A stretch of 64,000 nucleotides of DNA from Octopus vulgaris (Eukaryota), in assembly GCA_951406725.2 (NCBI GenBank), contig OX597823.1, positions 58,218,001 to 58,282,000 on the forward strand, given 5' to 3'. The position numbers and the translations under genes were made by a program. The notes under the pieces are model-generated. The model searched no databases. It was not told where the DNA came from and saw only the letters and a list, made by a program, of their open reading frames with translations. This document shows, in pieces, positions 25,744 to 40,074 of this stretch (the first letter of the stretch is position 1; every line of letters begins with the position of its first letter).

Positions 25744-26199
25744 ATGCCTTCGATAGAAGAAAGTCCAAAAATGAATTTCGCTGCAGCCGTCGGCGGGCGG
25801 CGAACTCATTAAAATTAAAATGGAAGAAATACAAACCTATTTCGGATTGATCACCGACAAAGACGGTGAATCTAGGATAACACCACCAAACGAAATAAAA
25901 AATAAAATTAAAGAAAAGACTATTGCCTATAAAGTATACAATGTAGAGAAAAAAAACGATTTGAACACCTGGAGGAAAGCACCATTCAAAAGTGTCTTGG
26001 TGCGACTATGAAAGATATCAAGTATCTAACCAGAGGCGATAAATTCGCTACAATAGACGCAAGGTTCGAGTCAAGGGAGCATGCAAGGGAGTACTCGACT
26101 CGAACCTTGCAAAGTGGAAATATTTTATTTTTACCTTTATATCTGGGGCCTAGGACGTCCCGGAAAAAAATTTTAAATGCCCAACGAGCGGTAACTTGA
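25744..26199 (+). pseudogene. Frameshifted L1/Tx1-like ORF1 N-terminal region
   Basis: MNFAAAVG (25771) is followed by overlapping complex ORFs 25820-26011 and 26008-26199, upstream of an endonuclease motif. Confidence 0.45.
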
Positions 26200-26666
26200 A
26201 TTCTATGTACAGGATACTGATACACGCTAAAACATGCACACGTATCTGTAAGTATTTAAAGATCTAAAGTGGCAACGGAAGAGGAAGACAATACTCTACT
26301 CATATATATTGTGAAATGTATTGTTTAAACTGAATTATTTTGGATTGCGTTTCCTGTGTTACACCTCAGTGATCTTCACGCAAGTACTTGTATGAAGTGA
26401 AGCTCGAATCATGAGCCAAAAACAACCCATTGAATTCCTTCGATCACACATCATCTTAATAATACACAGACACATATATTTAAAAATGTATGTATAAATA
26501 TGTATGCATATATATATGAGTATGTGCATACATGTGTATATCTGTATGCCTTCAATGATAGATTTGTTCTTATGAGTAGTAAATCTATCTTTTGTTAAAT
26601 TACATTTATATTTAAACTGAAGTGCTGGACTAAAGTGCTACCTAAACTAAATCCTGCCACACAGTA

Positions 26667-26760
26667 ATGAAATGGTTTTTCTTCTGTCAAGAAACAACAT
26701 TAAGATCTGGCCAGGAGGCATGGAGGAGTCAATGGAATATGGAAGGCAAACACACTTTCC
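26667..26760 (+). pseudogene. L1/Tx1-like APE endonuclease fragment
   Basis: FFCQETTLRSGQEAWRSQWN matches the FLQETH...W..QW signature of L1/Tx1 ORF2. Confidence 0.55.
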
Positions 26761-27847
26761 TTATCTTCCTCCTCCTCTTTCTTCTTCTTCTTCTTCTTCT
26801 TCTTCTTCTTCTTCTTCTTCTTCTTCTTCTTCTTCTTCTCTTTCTCCTTCTCCTTCTCCTCCTCCTTCACCACCACCACAACTACCACCACCTCCTCCTC
26901 CTCCTCCTCATTATTACTATTATTATCATATACAGTCTGCCGCCTGTAAAACGTTCTGTGTATGGAAAGAGTATTTGTGTGTCATTACGGATGTAAGAGC
27001 TGATGTCATAGCTACCACACCAGCTTTTGCTACTGTAGTCTGTTTGTTCGTTTGTTTATTATTTGTTTTTGTTGTTGTTGTTGTTTGGTCTTGTTGAAAG
27101 TGAAATTGATTGCAATACAATAAAACTTTCAACAACAACAACAACATCAACAACGACAGAAACAGCAGCAGCAGCAGCAGTAGCAGCAGCAGCAGCAGTA
27201 GCAGCAAAATAACCTGACTCACTAATAGCCAAAACTAAAAAAAGAAATTCAACTAAAATAAAGGAAACTATTTATTCCAGCCTAAAAAATATAATAGAAT
27301 TTCGCCCCCAAACTCAGTAAGATATTTGAAATTCTATTAATCTTCATAAAAATATATAAATAAGAACCTAAAAACATGTTTTAAAATAAGCAAAAACTAT
27401 AAAAATATAAATAAGTTCCAAGGTTTCTTTCTTATTTTTTCCCCACTTATTATGTACTTATTACATTATTTTTTTTATATTTTTGGTATCGCTTTATATA
27501 ATAGAATATTTGGTCAGTGCAGACAGTAGAGAACAATATTTGTCTAAACAATCAAAGACTACATTAGTGCTGATTACACGGAACTCTTGCAAAACGATTA
27601 TTATGCATTTTGGCACCAAGTATTCTGAGGCTAAAATAAAATGCAGGTGTTTGGAAGCTATCAGATTGTAAGACTTGGGTGTAGGATGGTGTGGAAAATA
27701 TCCAAGTTGTCAAACACACGATGTATACAGACAGTGAAACACATACACACTCTCTCTCAAACACACACGTATATATAGAGATACATACAAAACAGGTACA
27801 TACATAGATACACAAATAGTTGCATAAATAGGCACTTTACACACACA

Positions 27848-27943
<96 letters not shown>

Positions 27944-28083
27944 CACACACACATATATATACATTTATATAGATAGAGTGATAGAGATAGAGACAGATAT
28001 AAACATATAGAGAAGTACATATATATGAATATTTATGTATGCATATATATACATATATATATGTATGTATATATATATGTATA

Positions 28084-28145
<62 letters not shown>

Positions 28146-29283
28146 CATCTACATGAGTGTCTTTTATTTATCAGTGTGTATAGGTGTATATATTTTCTCT
28201 TTATAATCGTATGTATATATATATATATATATACATACACACACGCGCTTATTACATAACAAATACATACATACATACATACAAAGATATAAAAGAATAG
28301 GCAACAATTATAAAAACAAAAATGTAATAAACAAAAGTAACCAGCGATGAAAACAACAACAACAACAACAACAACAGGAAATTGCATAATTACGTCAGTT
28401 GTTGTTGCTTTTCTTAGTTACGTAGTATTTTCAAAGTAAACGTGTCCAGGAGGCTTGAGTATTTATTAATGGTTTTACTAACTTGTCAAGTCATTACCGC
28501 CACTCTCTCAACCAACCTATCCCAACCCCCAACCAATGAATGAATAAATAAACAAATAAATAAATAAATAAATAAAAACAACACAACACCTGATTTCAGG
28601 AATAGAACTTGCGGCACCAATTTTTCACTGGTGATTTATTGTGTAATAATTGTTTTATGTTACATCAACTTAACCGCAAGATAGGTTTTTCTCAAAGTTT
28701 TTCAATATAGAAGAGGAAATTACTAATATTGCAATGCTATTGTTCAGTCGTGTCTGTACAACTGGTGTTTCATTAAATTACAGCTGTTGCTATAGGACTG
28801 CAGTAACTTGCTTCTTGTTGTTTTTACTGTAGTAATGTGGCTACAGATGAGGGTTGCTTTTTTTTCTTTTTGGCTGGTGACGATAATCATGGCAGTGTTG
28901 GTTGTAGAACTGTTAGTTCTTGTTGGTAAATCATAAACGCGTCCAGCAAGCGGCAAATTGACCAAATCGAATGCATTATCCATTGGTAATAGTTTAAGGA
29001 TATCTCAATCCTTTGAGTTCATATACCACTGAAGTCAAAGTTTTCGTTTCGTATTTTCGGGGTCGGGATAAGGAGAGATAAATACAGTACCGGTCTTGTT
29101 CTGGGGGTCGACTCTTACTTCTTTCTTTCAGGAAGACTTTCATTTACGATTACTTTAAGATACTTCCCCAGTCATAAAGAATCATAGAGTCGGTTTCCTG
29201 ATTTCCAGCTGACTGACCTGGAGCAACGTGAAATGAAGTTTTGCTAAAGAACACAGCACCTCAGTTGGTTCAGGAAATAGATA

Positions 29284-29580
29284 TCAGGTCATCCCATAAG
29301 TTCTGTCCGAATGCCGAATAAAGAAAACACGTGATAAAATGTTATATTTAAATGAAATTTAGTCATCAATGTACTTTCCATGATTATCTATTTCCTTCCA
29401 TCTACTTACAAGCTTTTTAAAACTCTTGGTTTCAAAGCGAAGAACTCTGAAATGTCAGTTTCGACCTCCTCCTGGCTTGCCAAAGTTATTTCCCCCAAAC
29501 GATTCTGTAAACTGCGAAACAAATCGTAGTCTGAAGGAGCAAGATCGGAAGAATAAGGTGGATGAGAAATTTTTTTCCCA
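29284..29580 (-). mobile_element. Mariner transposon 3' remnant with TIR
   Basis: HPPYSSDLAPSDYDLFRSLQN (YSPDLAP motif), plus TA followed by TCAGGTCATCCCATAAGTTCTGTCCGA as a TIR-like end. Confidence 0.85.
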
Positions 29581-30402
29581 ACCAACACATACAATCCAGC
29601 AACCTTTACAACTGCCTTCATACTTTGTGAACATCAAAGTTCACGATACTACCAACAAGCCAAGAGAAGCCTGGCTAATAACCCCCACCTTGCAAATAAA
29701 AGCTGAAAATCCCCATATATAACAGCAAGTAAAGAAACTGATCAACTAAAACATACCACTTATTTGTGAACCCCTAAAATTTGTTCCATTACAAAAGGGC
29801 AACACCCAGATTGCTAAGTTTTTAAATATTGAACTTTGTGCCTTTTTCCTTTGCTTTATCGAAACAAAGGATTAAATCCAATAAAACAAAATGTAACTGA
29901 ACTACCAACAAGCTATAACTGAACTATAACAAGCTGCCAAAAGGAGCACATCTAAATATGCACCTGCTTACGAAGTTCTGCATGCATGAATTCAAAACAA
30001 TAGCAAAAAACCCAAGTACAATCATTAAAAATTTCTGCAAAATAACCCAACATAAAACCTAAGTACCACTCCACAAAAATTCACACATCCTAGGAAGGTT
30101 TTTTTGAACTCAAGTGAGACTATATAAAAGCCGATATGAACTTCATTCATAGCTCTCCAACGATGACGTAATTGGCCGAATCATCGACGTCACTGTCATT
30201 AATATTCTTCTTCAAGAATAACACATGTATATGAATAATATTCTTGTTTGGGAATTATATATGTATATATATACATATATATATTTGTGTGTGTGTGTGC
30301 GTGTGTGTCTGTGTGTCTGTATATATATATATACATATATACATATATACATCCATACACGCATACATATATACATACATGAATAATATTGTTATTTAGG
30401 AG

Positions 30403-30437
<35 letters not shown>

Positions 30438-30560
30438 AATATTATGTAAATATGTATGCATGTAAATATATATATATATATATATATTTACATGCATACA
30501 TATTTACATACATTCATACATGCATGCATGCATACATACATACATACATACATACATACA

Positions 30561-30593
<33 letters not shown>

Positions 30594-30632
30594 GGCGGGG
30601 GAAGGGTTTTCTGTAACTTAATGCAATGATGT

Positions 30633-30713
30633 ACTCCCTGATGATCCGATTGGAACACTTGGAACACCCGTTACTCGGCTCTAAACAACCAATCATAATG
30701 GTGAAACGCGAGT
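30633..30713 (+). ncRNA. Decayed hammerhead with extended helix II and lost cleavage site
   Basis: ACTCC-CTGATGA-...GATTGG/CCAATC...-GAAACGC-GAGT, followed by AATAAA at 30723. Confidence 0.45.
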
Positions 30714-30862
30714 TTGAACGCTAATAAAAACTTGTGCATATCTCCTTACACAATTTAGCAGTTTCTTAACCATTACACTGGAAGCGGACTGGTTTATGTG
30801 GAGCTCTAAACGTAACGGTAGCTGTCGTAAATATATATTTTTTTGCAATTTCTATTATATAC

Positions 30863-30905
<43 letters not shown>

Positions 30906-31158
30906 TGTGTGTGTACATACACTGACACATTCAAGTGCAAACACACACACACACACACAAACGCACTCGTGCACAAACCATTCTGAAAATATACCCGATA
31001 AAACTCATCTTAACAAATATTGCATACACAGCAGACAGGATTCGAATGAAATATAACAAAAGAATAATACCTTCATATTGCTACTTCGTTACATATACTT
31101 ATGTATATATATACATACATACTTGGGGGGGGGGGGAGTGAGAAAGAGAAATAGATAT

Positions 31159-31201
<43 letters not shown>

Positions 31202-31551
31202 GAAGCGAGATAATGACAGATAAGCAGATATTGGTAATAATACTAAAACTAATGATTGGTCATTTAGCTTAGAAACATTTATGTATCGAATGAGACGCTT
31301 TTTTATGGTTGAAGGGGATGGGGGGCGGGGATTTATTTGTTTATTTATTTATTTATTTACTTTGTTATTGTGGTTTAGAAAGTTTATATAGACTTGCAGA
31401 AAATAGCAGCAGACAGACTTTTCTTTAGCTTTGGCGATTTATTGGAAACTTATTGTTCCAGTTTTGCTGAGATAAAGCCAAACATCTGTGCTTGACAAAA
31501 AAAAAAAAAAAAAACAAAAAGAAAAGGAAAAAAAACAATTAAAATAAATAA

Positions 31552-31588
<37 letters not shown>

Positions 31589-31602
31589 GTAATAATAATA
31601 AT

Positions 31603-31633
<31 letters not shown>

Positions 31634-32085
31634 ACGACAACAACAACAGCAACAATAATAATAATAATCATAACAACAACAACAATAATAATAATAATAA
31701 TAAAAGAATCAACAACAAACGGAGAAAGAAACAGAAAAGAAGGAAAAAATAGTAATTAACAGAAAAACGATGTATGGAAATAGATCAATTGTTTTGTGTT
31801 CGCAGGCGTGAGGCGAAGATGATGTGGGTATGTAGAGAGTTGTCGTTCTTGTTGTCAGCGTAGTCTCTGTTGTTGTTGTTGTTGTTGTTTTTATTGTTAT
31901 TGTTGATAATGATGGTGGTAGTTGTAGTGATTGTCGTAATAGAAGAGGTGCTGTTAGCGTTTTTCAGGCACGAGGAGAGGTATGTGGAGGTGCGTGAAAC
32001 TGTCGTACTTGTTGCTGTTGTTGCTGTCGTCATCGTTATTGTTGTTGTTGTTGTTATTATTATTATTATTTTCATCATCATCATC

Positions 32086-32490
32086 AAGGTGGCGAATTGG
32101 ACACTATATTTAGCGGCAATTTCTTCCGACTCGTTACGTTCTAAATTCAGATATTACCGAGGTCGACTTTGCTTTTTATCCTTTCGGGGTCGATAGTTGA
32201 AAACTGGGGGTCGATGTAATTGGCTATCCCTCTCCCCTCAAAATTGTTGGCCTGGAGCCTATTTTAGAAAGGATGATTATTATTGGTTTCAAATTTTGGC
32301 ACAAGGCTAGCAATATCAGAGGAAAGGCTAAGTCGATTAAATCGACTCCAACGTTCAGCTGATACTTATTTTATCGAGCCCGAAATGATGAAAGGCAAAG
32401 TTGACCCCAGCGGCATTTGTACCCAGAACGTAAAGATGGATGAAATGCCGTTAAGCAGTTTGCCCTGCATGCTAACGATTCTCGTCCACA
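32086..32490. mobile_element. Tail-to-tail pair of family B SINEs
   Basis: Plus copy at about 32086-32275 and minus copy at about 32282-32490. A third partial plus copy lies at about 32550-32645. Confidence 0.8.
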
Positions 32491-32789
32491 TCATCTTCTC
32501 CACTCCGCCTCATGAAGGATTATTATCATTAAGATGACGAATTAAGACAGTGATTTCGCAGAATCGTTAGCACACCGGGCAAAATTCTTAGCGGCATTTC
32601 GCTTTTCGTTACGTTGTGAATTAAGGTTCTTACGAGGTCGACATTTTTTTTTTTTTTTTTTGGTGGACGTGATATCAGTGCGGAAGCAGTTCTTAGACGT
32701 AGACAGAGAAAGTATAAATGGATAGAATTTTTCTTCCTATCGTAGTTGTTGTTATTGTTGTTGTTGAGTGGTTGTTGCGTGTCTTATAT

Positions 32790-33120
32790 TGTGAAGGTGC
32801 GTGTCTTAGTGCTTAGCGAATTCGACTCACGATTGTAAGGTTGTGAGTCCGATTCCCGGAGGCGCGTTGTGTCCCCGAGCAAGAACCTTCATTCCATGTT
32901 GTTCCAGTTGATTTAGTTAGGGGAAATGAGTCGTGCCTGTACTTTATTCCAAAGGGCCAGCTTTTTCACATTTCAATGTTATGCTGAATCTCCCCGAGAA
33001 GTACGTTAATTCTACACGTGTCTGTGGAATACCCAGCTATTTGCATCTTAACGTCACGAGTAGGCTGTTTCGTTGATTGGTTCAAGTAGAACCCTCTTCA
33101 TCGTAGTTGACGGATTGCCA
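32790..33120 (+). mobile_element. SINE family C, diverged
   Basis: Collinear with 851-1180. Confidence 0.7.
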
Positions 33121-33569
33121 ATTAGTGTGGCTGTTATTGTTATAAGCATTATATCACTTTACTATCGCTCTGTTTCAGATGTGGATTTGTATATACATAT
33201 GTGCAACTGCATGCGTTCACGTGTATGATTGTGTATACGCGTTTCTACATCATACAGTAAGAGTGACTAGGCGGTTAATATAACTAGAAGCAGGACAAAT
33301 AAATATGTATGTATACATACCATACACACACACACACGCAACACATTATAATAGCTGTGGCGTCATTTAAGTTAGGAATTACAATCTAACAGCTTGTACC
33401 GTGATGTCGCTCGTACTTAGGTACTTCTGAATTGCCATGTAGATATAAACATCCTCTCTAATCTACCACTCTTTAACCAGTGACACAACGGGAAGATCAC
33501 ACACACACACGTGCATGCGCGCGCGTATTCCAAGCATTTCGTTCATAAAAGAAAGAACGGTTTTACTAA

Positions 33570-33963
33570 TCTCTCTCTATATAAAGCTGAAGTTGTCTAT
33601 GTATGGCAGGTTTGGTAGCCTTTAACTAACACTATCTCCTCCGAGACCCTGCGGCGCAAGTTGACCAAAATTGAGATTATGATAAAAGAAGGCTTGCTCT
33701 TCATTTCGTAGAAGAAATAATTCAAATCGGACCACGTTAACACCAAAAATTATTTACATCAAAAAGGTACTTTTTTTTCTATGAAAATCCCTACTTTTTG
33801 CGATTTTTTTGACTGCTGTGTCGCCATTTTTCGGTGTGTTTCAACCAGAAAAATGTTCACTTAAAGAGAATAACAAGCTACATAATGCAAAAGTTTTACT
33901 TTTCAAAAATTCCAATTCTAAAGGGTTGAAACAAACCCGAGCAACGCCGGGCGATACTGCTAG
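33570..33963 (+). mobile_element. Non-autonomous Helitron
   Basis: A|TC...ACAAACCCGAGCAACGCCGGGCGATACTGCTAG|T. Confidence 0.85.
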
Positions 33964-34054
33964 TTTTCCTACATAGACAGACATACATAAATACATACAC
34001 ACACCATACATACATATTTGAGAAATGAAAGAACTGAGGTTATTCCCAAGCGAT

Positions 34055-34278
34055 AGGCTCGTAAGGCCAGTTTTCTAGAACCTGTGCTCTATATATATTC
34101 CCGATGGATGGGACACCGGTCAGTGGTAGGATTCCTCATTTTTACCTACTGAGTGGATTGAAGCCACACAAAACATGGTGTTTTACTTAAGAACACAACG
34201 CATCACCCGTTCCAGGGATCGAAACCGCAGTGTTGCGATCATGAGTGTAAGCTCTAACATTTAAGCCATGCGCTTCTA
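34055..34278 (-). mobile_element. SINE family D, degenerate
   Basis: GGCTCGTAAGGCCAG...GGATGGGACACCGGTC...GGATCGAAACC...TAAGCCATGCGC. Confidence 0.65.
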
Positions 34279-34400
34279 CATACACAGACACACACACGCA
34301 CACACGCTCACACACACACACACACACCTCACGCACGCACTCACACACACTCACACGCATACATACTCACGTATACACACATAAATATATATAATAAAGA

Positions 34401-34431
<31 letters not shown>

Positions 34432-35227
34432 AATATATATATATATATATAAACATATTTACACACACACAACAGATTATAGTAGCGATGGCGTCGTAAT
34501 TTAGAAGTTATAATCTAACAGCTTGTACTGTGCTGTCCCTCGTACTTCTAGGCACCTCTGAAGTCCCATGTAGATATAAACATTCTCTCTAATCTACCAC
34601 TCTTTAACCAATGAGACAACGGGAAGATCATACGCACTCACATGTGCATGTGCGCGTACGTATGTGTGTGTTTGTGTGGCGGCGTGTGTTTACACCACAC
34701 TCGTACACTCACCGCATTCTATAGTTTCCGTCTACCAAATTCAACTCGTAATTTATTGGTCATGCAGACGCCATGGCAGAAAGCACATTTTGTTGGCGTG
34801 TGCAGAAGGCACTTTTTTTGTATGTGTGTGATGCCGCTCATCGAACTTAGAATCACGCAATTGCAAAGCTAAATTCTTCACAATTAACATCTTACCTGTT
34901 TAGCTCAACCATCAGGGAAGCTTTCAGATTATACAGTATGATCAAAAGTTTTCCACTGTAACCACACTCTGTTTCAGCAACAGCCGTTATTTGCAAGATT
35001 TTCAAAGTAACAGAACCAAATTTAGATACTTCAGTGAAACGAGTGTTAATAAGTTGGACTTGCAACAGCTGCTGCCGTTAATATCGAAAAGTGTCAATCG
35101 TCTGAACCTGCCAACTAATTAAATGTAATCAGAACAAGACGAGAGCTGTACCACTATATGATCATTTGACCTGTCAGAAATAGTCAGAAAATCTCCCTCA
35201 AATCACATTCTAATATTTCTGAAAATT

Positions 35228-35975
35228 ATGGCGGAGACTGGAGGATCGTAAGTATACCTGGCTAAAAGCTTAACGGTATTTTGTCCTTCTTTACCTTCTG
35301 AGTTCTAATTCCACCGAAATTGACTGCCTTTCATCCTTTCGGTGTCCATAAAATAATAACTATCAGTCAAGTTCTGCGGTCGATGTAATAGGCTTACCCA
35401 CTCCTCCGAAATTTCCGGCCATGTGCCAAAATTTGAAACAAATATTAAGAAAGCTTTATAAATGAATAGACGAACTTACCAACAGTGGGGTCTGGTTATG
35501 GAGCCGCTGAAACTCTGCAGGTTTTTCTTTTTCGATTTTGTTTAATGAAATAGCAGTGGACATATGTAGACAGTGAAAGATCAAAACACAACGGAGCAAG
35601 AGTCCGTCTTTATGCTCTGAGTTCAAAAGTCACCAGGGTCGACTTTACCTTTCATCACTTCGGGATCGATAAAATAAGTACCAATTGGGCACTGGAGTTG
35701 ATATAATTGACTTAACTCTAGCCCTAAAATTGATGGCTTTGTGCCACAGTTTGAAACCAATATTTCTAAAATTATTTGCACGCCGGGAAAAATACTTAGC
35801 GGCATTTCGCCCGTCTTTGTTTTGAGATCTAATTCCGCCGAGGTCTACTTTAACTTTCATCATTTAGGGGTCAATAAAATAAGTACCATTTGAGCACAGG
35901 GATCGATCTAATCGAGTCCCACCCACCCACCATAAAAACTTGCTGGCCTTGTGCCAACATTTGAAACCTATATTT
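35228..35975 (+). mobile_element. Three diverged family B SINE copies
   Basis: Copies at about 35228-35447, 35600-35765 and 35776-35975, each with a recognisable family B central block. Confidence 0.75.
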
Positions 35976-36284
35976 CTGAAATTGACCGTAGATATGCAGT
36001 CTGGATGGCGTAAATGTTTTGATGGATGGTCAAGATTGTATATAAAGGCACCATACATGCAATAAGAGGACTATACGTTTACACTGGGGCAACAGCTGGT
36101 TAATTCAAGAATCTTTATCGCGGCCATGTCGCCATCTTCGAGAACATCAACAAGAGGCGTTCGACATATTTGACTGATTGTATGTAGCGACTTAAGGAGG
36201 ATAAAACTGTGGTGGTCAATAAACACACATACATATACTGATATCTCTTAGTTTGCTGCTTTTGTAAACACATAAAGAGGAGGA

Positions 36285-36502
36285 ATTTCTTTTCTACTCT
36301 AGGCACAAGGCCCGAAATTTTTAGGTGAGGGGACCAGTCAATTAGATCGATTCCAGTACGCAACAGGTACTTATTTTACCAACCCCGAAAGGATGAAAGG
36401 CAAAGTTGACCTCGGCGGAATTTGAACTCAGAACATGAAGACAGACGAAATACCGCTAAGCATTTCGCCCGGTGTGCTAACGTTTCTGCCAGTTCGCTGG
36501 CT
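36285..36502 (-). mobile_element. SINE family B, full-length
   Basis: CCCCGAAAGGATGAAAGGCAAAGTTGACCTCGGCGGAATTTGAACTCAGAAC. Confidence 0.85.
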
Positions 36503-36777
36503 TACCGAGGAGGAATTACAACCACGATTCGTGGTTCGCTACCTCAACAGCTCCTTTATAGGATCCAGTGGCTAAAGACATCATCTGGAGGAACCCCGTC
36601 CGGTTTCGGCCCCTACACCTCTACCGTTTTCGACGTAGCGCCCCCCACACACACACACTTCCGACGGTGTCTTCAGCTCTGGTGTTGAGTGCATTTCTTC
36701 TTTCTCCTTTATTTCTTTTGTTCTTTGGTTGCTTCAACTTGCAAAACAGACATTATTTCAAAGAGGTACATCATGTT

Positions 36778-36883
36778 ATCTCCTGAAGAGGCACATCTAC
36801 AGCAAAGGATACTCCTAAACCAGTTGTTAAATATCCCACCCGCGAGGGATCGATGCTAGATTAGTCGAAACAATTGTAGTGAT
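36778..36883 (+). ncRNA. Type I hammerhead ribozyme with a long helix II insertion
   Basis: ATCTC-CTGAAGA-GGC...GTC-GAAA-CAATTG-TA-GTGAT with palindromic ACAATTGT and AATAAA immediately downstream. Confidence 0.65.
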
Positions 36884-37351
36884 GAATAAACATTCACGTA
36901 TCTTCCAACTTCCGTCCCTCTCCTTAATCAAATACCCAACGAACACTGAAAGTGAACGTGCTTTAGTAAGCCTCCAGGTGTATACCTTGTCATTTATTAT
37001 TTATATATATAATATATACATACATATATATACATATATATACATACATATATATATGTATGTATGTATCTATGTATATATATATCTTACATTGCTTTCA
37101 TTATTTATGTACCTATTTTACTTTCCTTGCTTTATTTCCAAATGATTGATTTTGCAATACTATTTCTGTGAAGTCGTTTATTCATCATTTAAAAAAATTT
37201 TAAGTCTAGTACACCTAAACATATACACATGTGTGCTTTTACATTTCTACACACACTCACATGTGTGTGTATATATACATATATATATTCGTACATACAC
37301 ATATATATATATACATACATACATACATACAGACATACATACATACATACA

Positions 37352-37387
<36 letters not shown>

Positions 37388-37428
37388 TATATTTAGACTT
37401 AAAATTTTTTTAAATGATGACTAAACGA

Positions 37429-37524
<96 letters not shown>

Positions 37525-38214
37525 CATATACATATATATATACACATACTATATTTTCATAGAGCTGTGTGGTTCAAGTGAAACTGTGGTAAAATCTTAA
37601 TCATAACCTGTGTTGGGAAATAACAAACAGACATATAAACCCCAATTCATTCCCGCCATATAAATAACGAATTAAAAAAATAACAAGAAGTAGAAATAAA
37701 AGTGGTTTCTCTTTGTCCACGCCCTTATACGTCTAACTAACGTTCTCATATATTCTACCGTGTGTGATTTTATACCTTATAGTTCGGCAACATTAATGAA
37801 GTATATATATATATATAGCAAACGTCTCGATATTCCTAAAAGTAAAGTCCGTGTTACATATATATGTGTGTGTGGCTGCATATGTATATATGTATGGTAT
37901 GCTTATACATATATATATATATATATATGATATATATATATATATATATACATATATGTATGTATGTATATATACACACTCTCACACATACACAATCCCT
38001 GAAATTGGTAAATGAGCAATCACAGAGAATCTTTGAAAAAAATCGATCCACTTACAGCATAAAAACACACACTTAAACACATATAACTATATCCCTCTGT
38101 TTATATATATATATATATATATTAATACATACAAAGGTATATATTTCTTTTGCATATATATATATATATACATATATGTATGTATGTATGTATGTATATA
38201 TATATCTATGTATG

Positions 38215-38293
<79 letters not shown>

Positions 38294-39182
38294 ATATATA
38301 CATATATACATACATGTTTGTACGCACCCATACGCCGTACACTTTTTGCTATTAACCACGTAACTCGTGTAATAAAGAACTTATAAAATATATCTGACTA
38401 ATTTATCAACTGAGCTATGAATTAGCTTTAGTATTTTCTCTTTATTGGCTTATATATTTGATTTTCTACTGATAGAATATTAAAAGTTCTTATAAACGCA
38501 TACTATTCATAATTGAGCTCTCATTTACTCAACCCTCTTCGCTCTCATCGCCTCTCACCCTTCATCTCTGTCTTAATATGTGTATCTGTCTAACTACCTC
38601 TCTATCTATCTATCTGTCTTTGTCTGTCTCTCTATTTCTGTCAGACTGTCTGTCTGTCTGTCAGTATGTCTTTCTCTTTCTCTCTGTCTGTCTGCTAGTC
38701 TCTCTCTCACTTTCTCTCACGCGCTCTCTCACGCTCTCTCTCTCTCTCTCTCTTTCACTTTTGTCACCGAATCACTGTCCTTCGCTATCGCTTTGACCTT
38801 CGTATATCTTGCACTTTCTGTTTTACTCTTGTTTTCCATATGTGTATTTATTCATATATGTTTGTGTGTATATACACATATACACGCAGACATGTATATT
38901 TAATATTAATATATATATATATATCAAATAAATATACCTAACTTTACATACACACACACACAAATGCTCGTAAATTCACATACAGTTACACACACAGACA
39001 CATATACGTACATTCATTTCTACACATAAATATATACATGCATATGTACATATAAATCCATAATTATATAGAAATAAGTGTATGTGTGTGTGTGTGTTTG
39101 TGCGTGTGTAAATATATACATATATATATATATATATTTGAGTTTTCATGTACATATGTATGTATATGTTTGTATGCATGTA

Positions 39183-39223
<41 letters not shown>

Positions 39224-39324
39224 AGTCCTTCGTAATTATACGTTCTCACAAGCTCACAGCCAAGTTCACATCTGCCCGACAAGATATATACACCGCATAT
39301 AACACTCACACATGCACACGCACA

Positions 39325-39394
<70 letters not shown>

Positions 39395-40074
39395 AGAACG
39401 GAGAGGACACATATACTCGCTTTACTATCTTCTTAATTTCCCATTTGACTTAATGCAATTAGTGTTGGTTGAAGGTTATTATTTCTTATTTATGTATCAA
39501 TAATTTCAGAGATTCTACAGACTGGCATTAGGTAGATTTTATGCCCACTCCCCTCGCATATACCTGTACATATAGTATATATGTGTGTGTGCGTGTGTGT
39601 GTGTGTGTGTGTATTTAAATATGTGTGACTTCATGTAGTGTAAATATATATTACATGTGTGTGTGTGTGTAGCTAATTAATTTGTGTGTGTGTGTGTGTC
39701 TGTGAAATATTCTAATTTTCTCATTTGCGTGAGCAGTTTTTAATAGTTCCTTAACTGAAGTTATTGCGATCTGTGATGTAGAAAAGTCTTGTTAAAGGCT
39801 TGCTTAGTCATTTTCTCCGACAGCTCTAGTTACTGAAGCGTGGAAGAGGAAAAAGAAATCATACGAACTTGGAGTGGATCGACCAATTCGTATCGAAGTC
39901 GGCACGACGATGCATTCAGATAGAAGCCATAACCGAACTCTGGAAACTGTTGTTTAGATTTTAAGTTGTTGTAAGTTTTAATGCGCTGTAGATTCTTTCA
40001 ATGTTAATACGCTACAGCGGCAGACATTTAGAAAAACCAGAAACTCCGAATAGCGGTGCTAGAGTGCATGTTGT

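Larger units (their letters stand above)
33345..34630 (+). repeat. Two diverged direct repeats of about 155 bp (33345-33500 and 34476-34630)
   Basis: Shared AATCTAACAGCTTGTAC...CCATGTAGATATAAACAT...CTCTAATCTACCACTCTTTAACCA...CAACGGGAAGATCA. Confidence 0.9.

Noticed and set aside
28744-29040. Minus-strand terminal exon or 79-aa ORF
   Set aside because: The apparent acceptor lies within a decayed family B SINE, and the peptide is unrecognisable.
30155-30197. Hammerhead-like ACGATGA...GAATCATCGACGTC
   Set aside because: Both core boxes are altered and the helices are unconvincing.
31785-32087. Low-complexity ORF as a host exon
   Set aside because: It is dominated by trinucleotide repeats and has no convincing splice context.
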